Shown: positions 60,801-64,000 of the stretch, in pieces
Position numbering within the stretch: position 1 is the first letter of the stretch
Layout: each line of letters opens with the position of its first letter
Source of the DNA: an uncultured Muribaculaceae bacterium
Lineage (GTDB): Bacteria > Bacteroidota > Bacteroidia > Bacteroidales > Muribaculaceae
Reading direction: 5' to 3'
Assembly (NCBI GenBank): GCA_947179295.1
Contig: CAMXAZ010000003.1
Span: 46,630-110,629 of the forward strand
Length of the DNA: 64,000 bases
Notes under the pieces: generated by a model
What the model was told of the DNA's origin: nothing
Databases searched by the model: none
What the model saw: only the letters and a program-made list of their open reading frames with translations
Translations under genes and position numbers: made by a program

Positions 60801-60872
60801 GTCACCTTCGACACCCCGCTCGCCATCGGCGTCAACGGACTGAAAGGCACCGGTGTGGTCCTCAAGCCCTGA
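57870..60872 (+). CDS. pseudo-receiver + receiver + PEP/pyruvate-binding (PPDK_N ATP-grasp) domain protein with a C-terminal domain of unknown function
   Basis: Residues about 22-160 are REC-like without an acceptor Asp. Residues about 168-300 are REC with E176/D177, D246 (LGVISDV) and K299. Residues about 425-810 are PPDK_N-like (GQGSLGGKGRGLAFI; IAVRSSSLLEDS...FAGIYSTY; ...WLQIRP). Residues about 815-1000 form an extra domain (GPGRWGSSD, SQGTHFFQN). Confidence 0.8.
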   Translation: MTDDALSQLYFKDTAFQNLMQKRIFNVLLIASAYDAFMMEEDGRVEEQLYFEYTALNLSSPPRVTRALNSTEAMEIMKVKSFDLVIMMPGNDVSETFTGARCIREAYPDMPIIVLTPFSKEVSRRLANEDFSGIDYVFSWLGNVDLLLAIIKLLEDKMNADADINGVGVQMILLVEDSVRFYSSVLPIVYKFILKQSREFSTEALNEHEQMLRMRGRPKVMLARDYEEAITLYERYSNHILGVISDVSFMREGKKDPKAGIRLAKELRSRDPYLPMIIESSENENAHDVIELGGTFIDKNSKKFPVDLGKAIINNFGFGDFVIRNPETGEEIFRIKSLKDLQKNIFNIPAEALYWHASFNDISRWLYSRAMFPIAEVIKHHRFRDLKDAPQVRQLFFDLIVKYRKMKNRGVVAIFQKDRFDHYSNFARIGQGSLGGKGRGLAFIDSIIKKNPVCDNFDGISITIPRTVVLCTDIFDEFMESNRLYPIALSDAPDEEILRHFLEGKLPRRIKDDLLALFEVVDTPIAVRSSSLLEDSHYQPFAGIYSTYMVPKSADPQRMLKMVTDAIKGVYASVFYADSKAYMTATSNIIDQEKMAVILQEVVGKEVDGYYFPSFSGVGRSLNYYPLNDEKPEDGVAEIAVGLGKYIVDGGLSLRFSPRHPDNVLQTSELSLALRDTQTRMYALDMKSAQSDSGLIVDDGYNVAKVRVQDLAEKGALRYMVSTFDFRDNVIRDSDSGEGRKVVTFNNVLKHKVYPLAEAVDFMLTTGQKEMQRPVEIEFAGIIGPDSKMIGPGAKNKGRLYWLQIRPIVDRKETVDEALMATPDEKLLLKSGTALGHGNIEGVKTVVYVRPEKFSSSNNSLIAREIEKINRDFLNREERYVLIGPGRWGSSDTSLGIPVKWPAISAARLIVESSLPSYRIEPSQGTHFFQNLTSFGVAYFTIDTNARRKEGEPVTALYDVDFLNSQPAVYESDFIRIVTFDTPLAIGVNGLKGTGVVLKP

Positions 60873-60902
60873 GCCGCCGGCTTCCGTATAAACCCGAACA
60901 GA

Positions 60903-60958
60903 CAGCGCCTGCAAGGTGCGAGGACAGGGAAATCTGTATCGCAGCCTTGCAGGCGCTG
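60903..60958. terminator. long perfect hairpin between the convergent REC-PPDK_N gene and the small OMP gene
   Basis: 14-bp perfect arms cagcgcctgcaagg (60903-60916) and ccttgcaggcgctg (60945-60958), plus inner tgcga/tcgca and acag/ctgt pairing. Confidence 0.65.
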
Positions 60959-60987
60959 CCTGTTATTGTCAGTTCAGGAATCGGCAA

Positions 60988-61770
60988 TCAGAAGAGATAG
61001 CCGAAACCTACGTTGAGATAGATCGGATAGAGATTGAATGTCACCGTCTTGAACGACGATTCGAAAATATCATTGCAGCCCCAGGCGAGATTTGCGTTGA
61101 CAAGCAGATGTCTGTAAGCCGTCCAGGTCACACCGCCCTGCATACCCCACTGGAAGTGGCGCAGATTGTTGCCGAAATCATAGTTGGCGCGCGAGTCGCC
61201 CTCAAACGAGATCTTCGGGCCGGTCGGATCGCCCTCACGGAGATAGCCGTCATAGACATATCCGTCAAAATCATTGCTGAACGCAAAGGCCACATAAGGC
61301 CCGGCGTGAACCTTTAGGCGCTTGTGGGCCTTGAATACGGCTGTCAGCGGAAACACCAACTGCTGCGAGTGATAGCGGGTCTGCACCATGCCGGTCCAGC
61401 GGCCGCTAACAGTAGCGCCGTCCTGAATGATGGCCATACCATAGTTCTTCACCGCTGCCTTGGTTTCCATGCCCTTGGTTTCAAGGCGCACACCCAAAGA
61501 GAGGCCCCACTTCTTCTGCACATCCACCCACTTTGTAACGGTGGCACCTATTTGCAGATTGAGTTCCGGACTGTATGAATTAATTTCACGGATCTCGGCA
61601 GGGAGAGGCAGAGGCGAAGCACCTCCGATATTTGTTCCGGCATAAACCTCATATTCGAATCCGAGGAGCATCGACTTGATAACTGCCAGCGAACGGTCAA
61701 CCTGAGCCTTAGCGCCAACAAAGCTGAATGCTACCGCCAAGACACCTATTATATAACGTTTCATATTCAT
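60988..61770 (-). CDS. small outer-membrane beta-barrel protein
   Basis: Signal peptide MNMKRYIIGVLAVAFSFVGAKAQ, alternating beta pattern, C-terminus ...YLNVGFGYLF. Confidence 0.75.
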   Translation of the reverse strand: MNMKRYIIGVLAVAFSFVGAKAQVDRSLAVIKSMLLGFEYEVYAGTNIGGASPLPLPAEIREINSYSPELNLQIGATVTKWVDVQKKWGLSLGVRLETKGMETKAAVKNYGMAIIQDGATVSGRWTGMVQTRYHSQQLVFPLTAVFKAHKRLKVHAGPYVAFAFSNDFDGYVYDGYLREGDPTGPKISFEGDSRANYDFGNNLRHFQWGMQGGVTWTAYRHLLVNANLAWGCNDIFESSFKTVTFNLYPIYLNVGFGYLF

Positions 61771-61792
61771 TGTTCTATTTCCATTTTACAGA

Positions 61793-62944
61793 TTAGAGGC
61801 AGACCACTTCAAGTTCATCGACAAACAGAGCACTGCCTATAGCTCCTGAGAATTTAGCACCCTCGATGCTCGATGTCATCACCACAGCCAATGCATAGAC
61901 CCCGTTTTCAAGCTTTTCAGGATCGAGGCTCTTGTCGGGACGATATTTGAATTCTACATCAAAATGAGTCCAGTCAGCAGCCCCCTTGCGCTGCTCTTCA
62001 TCAAGACGTGCCACGGCTATGATGTTGGGATTGTCGTCAGACAGCACATTGTTGCCGTCAAGATACTCCATATCGGCAGTGCGTTCGTAGAACACCGCAT
62101 AAATATCACATTCGTCAGTGCGGCCGGGCACTTCAACAAGTTTGCGATTGACAAGCTCCATGAACTTTTCACCCGGAGTATAGCGATAGTAGCCGCGCAG
62201 GCCGATAGGCACATAATAGAATGAAGTGCCGAACTGAGTTGCCTCTAAAGGCTTGTTGACGGCATTGGTCATATCGAATTTGCCTATGAACAGATTACCT
62301 GCAGCCAGAGGCATGCCCACCATAGAACCGAAAGTACCCGTCGAGCGAGTCACCAGCCCGGCACAACGGCCCACCACTCCGTTGTCTGCCTGATATGTCG
62401 GATATGTCTCCGGCCCTTTCTTGCCGTTGGTAAGTCCGAAGCCCTGGTTTCCGCTCGCCCATATCATATTTATGATAGTAGGATCAGTCGGAGAAAGTTC
62501 CAGGAATTCATCACACTTCCCCCCTTGGGAGTTGGCATCCACTACGCGCACATTCTCGAAACTGTATTTCAGCGCTATCGGATCGTCATGCTTGGCAATG
62601 ACCGTATAAGTCTTTGACCACTGGCCGTCTTCGGAGGTGACTGTATATTCCTGCTCCTCGGAGAAGTCGCGCACCGTGCCGCTCGCGGGGTCGATAGTCG
62701 CACCCGGAGTGATCTCAAATTCAGGCGCAAGCGCCGTCACATCGACAAAATTCTTTACTATAAAGGTGACCGAATGCACATCCTTACGGTCTACAATCTC
62801 GGCCGGGCGAACAAGCAGGCCTTCCGGCAGGGAAGCTGACACGATATCACACTCGGCATTGAGCGGTTCGTTCTCGATACATGATGACAGCCAGGCTACG
62901 GAAAGGAACAAGGTCATCACCTGCATCAGGCGGAAAATTTTCAT
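61793..62944 (-). CDS. PCMD-domain (putative carbohydrate metabolism domain) lipoprotein
   Basis: Lipobox VAWLSSC, an N-terminal Ig-like module, and a C-terminal segment ...MPLAAGNLFIGKFD...FGTSFYYVPIGLRGYYRYTPGE typical of PCMD (from memory). Confidence 0.65.
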   Translation of the reverse strand: MKIFRLMQVMTLFLSVAWLSSCIENEPLNAECDIVSASLPEGLLVRPAEIVDRKDVHSVTFIVKNFVDVTALAPEFEITPGATIDPASGTVRDFSEEQEYTVTSEDGQWSKTYTVIAKHDDPIALKYSFENVRVVDANSQGGKCDEFLELSPTDPTIINMIWASGNQGFGLTNGKKGPETYPTYQADNGVVGRCAGLVTRSTGTFGSMVGMPLAAGNLFIGKFDMTNAVNKPLEATQFGTSFYYVPIGLRGYYRYTPGEKFMELVNRKLVEVPGRTDECDIYAVFYERTADMEYLDGNNVLSDDNPNIIAVARLDEEQRKGAADWTHFDVEFKYRPDKSLDPEKLENGVYALAVVMTSSIEGAKFSGAIGSALFVDELEVVCL

Positions 62945-62980
62945 AATTATGATTCAATTACTATATTTACTTTCAAACTA

Positions 62981-62988
62981 CAAAATTA
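62981..62988 (-). promoter_or_regulatory. -7 box TAATTTTG upstream of the PCMD lipoprotein / OMP operon
   Basis: Exact match on the minus strand, 36 nt upstream of ATG 62944. Confidence 0.6.
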
Positions 62989-63213
62989 CGCAAATCGGCA
63001 GAAATCCCGTGGTTTCGATGGCATTTTTTTCATCTTCACCATAATCTCACCGCAAATTCGAGCGATTTTTGATCTGTTTCTCCGATAGCAAAAAAATAAA
63101 GCGCCTCTCCACATCGGCGCAAAAATTACTCTATTATGCTCAATCTGCAACAATTAGATAAATTTCAGCAACATTTTTTAGCTTCTGTTTGCTTAAAAAC
63201 CGCAAATTATCCG

Positions 63214-63221
63214 TAACTTTG
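63214..63221 (+). promoter_or_regulatory. -7 box TAACTTTG upstream of the second PCMD gene
   Basis: Exact match, 165 nt before ATG 63387. Confidence 0.5.
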
Positions 63222-63386
63222 CCACGAAATTTTGCGATTTTATAGACATTGGCTATGTCTGTCTGAATCGGTCAAATCAAATATTATAAATCACCACGAG
63301 TTTCCTTATACACACAAAAAGGAACCGCAGACATTGTTGTGATTACAATAACGGTAACTAACCAATCATTTACATAAACTTAAATT

Positions 63387-64000
63387 ATGAAATTTCTTTA
63401 CAAATCAATGTATAGCGCCCTGCTGATGGGAGCTATGGGGCTCAACGCCACAGCCCAGCAGCAACTGCCGAACAGCGGATTCGAAGAAGAGTGGATTAAC
63501 TGCGTTCCTTGGACAAGCAATGGGAATTCTAAAGAAATAGGCTCAACTCCTTCCGGATGGTGCATTTCGCAAGTCATCGGAATTAGTGGCTCCGGCAAAA
63601 CTGAAGTCGGTTTTAAAACAGAAGGCTATAATAGCGCTACCGCTGTTGAGTTGAAAAACAGTCCTAATTCACTTCTTTCCACCCAAACCGTACCGGGATA
63701 TATGACATTAGGCAAAACTTGGTCTACATCTGTATTTGGGAGCAAAAATGATGGTGGATCATTTGGCGGCATCGAATTCTCAGGTCGTCCGGAAAGTCTG
63801 GAATTCATGTACAAACATACTGGTGCTGACGGCGAAAAAGCTACAGTCGTAGCCTACCTTTGGAAAGGCCACTGGACACAAAAAGCTGTGCCTGGGAATA
63901 TTGTTTTGTCCAACTATTCCCTTAAAACCACTGACATGGTTGACCGCGACCGCTGTGTGCTCGGCTTAGATATGTCCAGTTCTCTTGGGGGAGCGGTTAC
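63387..64000 (+). CDS. secreted PCMD-domain protein, N-terminal part; continues beyond the window
   Basis: Own translation from ATG 63387: MKFLYKSMYSALLMGAMGLNATAQQQLPNSGFEEEWINCVPWTS...VPGYMTLGKTW...FGGIEFSGRPESLEFMYKH.... The frame is open to the window end and is not in the ORF track. Confidence 0.65.
   Translation, partial: MKFLYKSMYSALLMGAMGLNATAQQQLPNSGFEEEWINCVPWTSNGNSKEIGSTPSGWCISQVIGISGSGKTEVGFKTEGYNSATAVELKNSPNSLLSTQTVPGYMTLGKTWSTSVFGSKNDGGSFGGIEFSGRPESLEFMYKHTGADGEKATVVAYLWKGHWTQKAVPGNIVLSNYSLKTTDMVDRDRCVLGLDMSSSLGGAV

Noticed and set aside
63090-63120. Orphan terminator-like hairpin (gcgcc-10 nt-ggcgc) followed by a U-run on the minus strand, in the 442-bp intergenic region between the two PCMD genes. 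This could mark a minus-strand sRNA.
   Set aside because: The stem is only 5 bp. I found no minus-strand TAnnTTTG box between 63121 and 63386 that could start such a transcript. Without expression data this is not supportable.

Overview
This 64 kb window looks like a core chromosomal segment of a Bacteroidales-type genome. Three things support that: many TAnnTTTG '-7' promoter boxes, Bacteroidota-style gene versions (type III glutamine synthetase, LL-DAP aminotransferase, a long Rho with a disordered insert, a lipidated TamA-like Omp85), and the conserved dnaN-exo-coaBC-DUF4835-recN-rlmB synteny. I count 52 protein-coding genes with almost no non-coding space.

Most genes are housekeeping:
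- Amino acid and nitrogen metabolism: proCBA, dapL/dapF, GS-III.
- Nucleotide and cofactor metabolism: guaB, a long PurF-like amidotransferase, gmk, nadD, coaE, coaBC, rpiB.
- Envelope and secretion: glmM, yajC, lrgAB.
- DNA and RNA functions: nusB, rho, tsaB, rlmB, recN, dnaN.

The only clearly accessory block is a compact Wza-Wzc-Wzy-3xGT exopolysaccharide locus at about 21.9-29.4 kb. I found no tRNA or rRNA genes, CRISPR arrays, transposases, integrases or recognisable defence genes. I therefore do not claim a new 'system'.

The observations most worth a second look are:
1. A TPR-type sensor kinase whose phospho-acceptor His is a Tyr (DivL-like).
2. A 1000-aa pseudo-REC/REC/ATP-grasp (PPDK_N-type) protein of unknown substrate.
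3. Two 'surface lipoprotein plus dedicated beta-barrel' gene pairs of unknown function.
4. Rho, with a roughly 330-aa low-complexity insert carrying two AT-hook-like RGR(K/P)P motifs, behind a roughly 320-nt C-rich leader.
5. The EPS locus, which lacks both a flippase and an initiating transferase.

All family names, including DUF numbers, come from reading the translations and from memory. No searches were run. Many ORF-track starts are TTG/GTG extensions, and I moved these to the first plausible ATG where noted.
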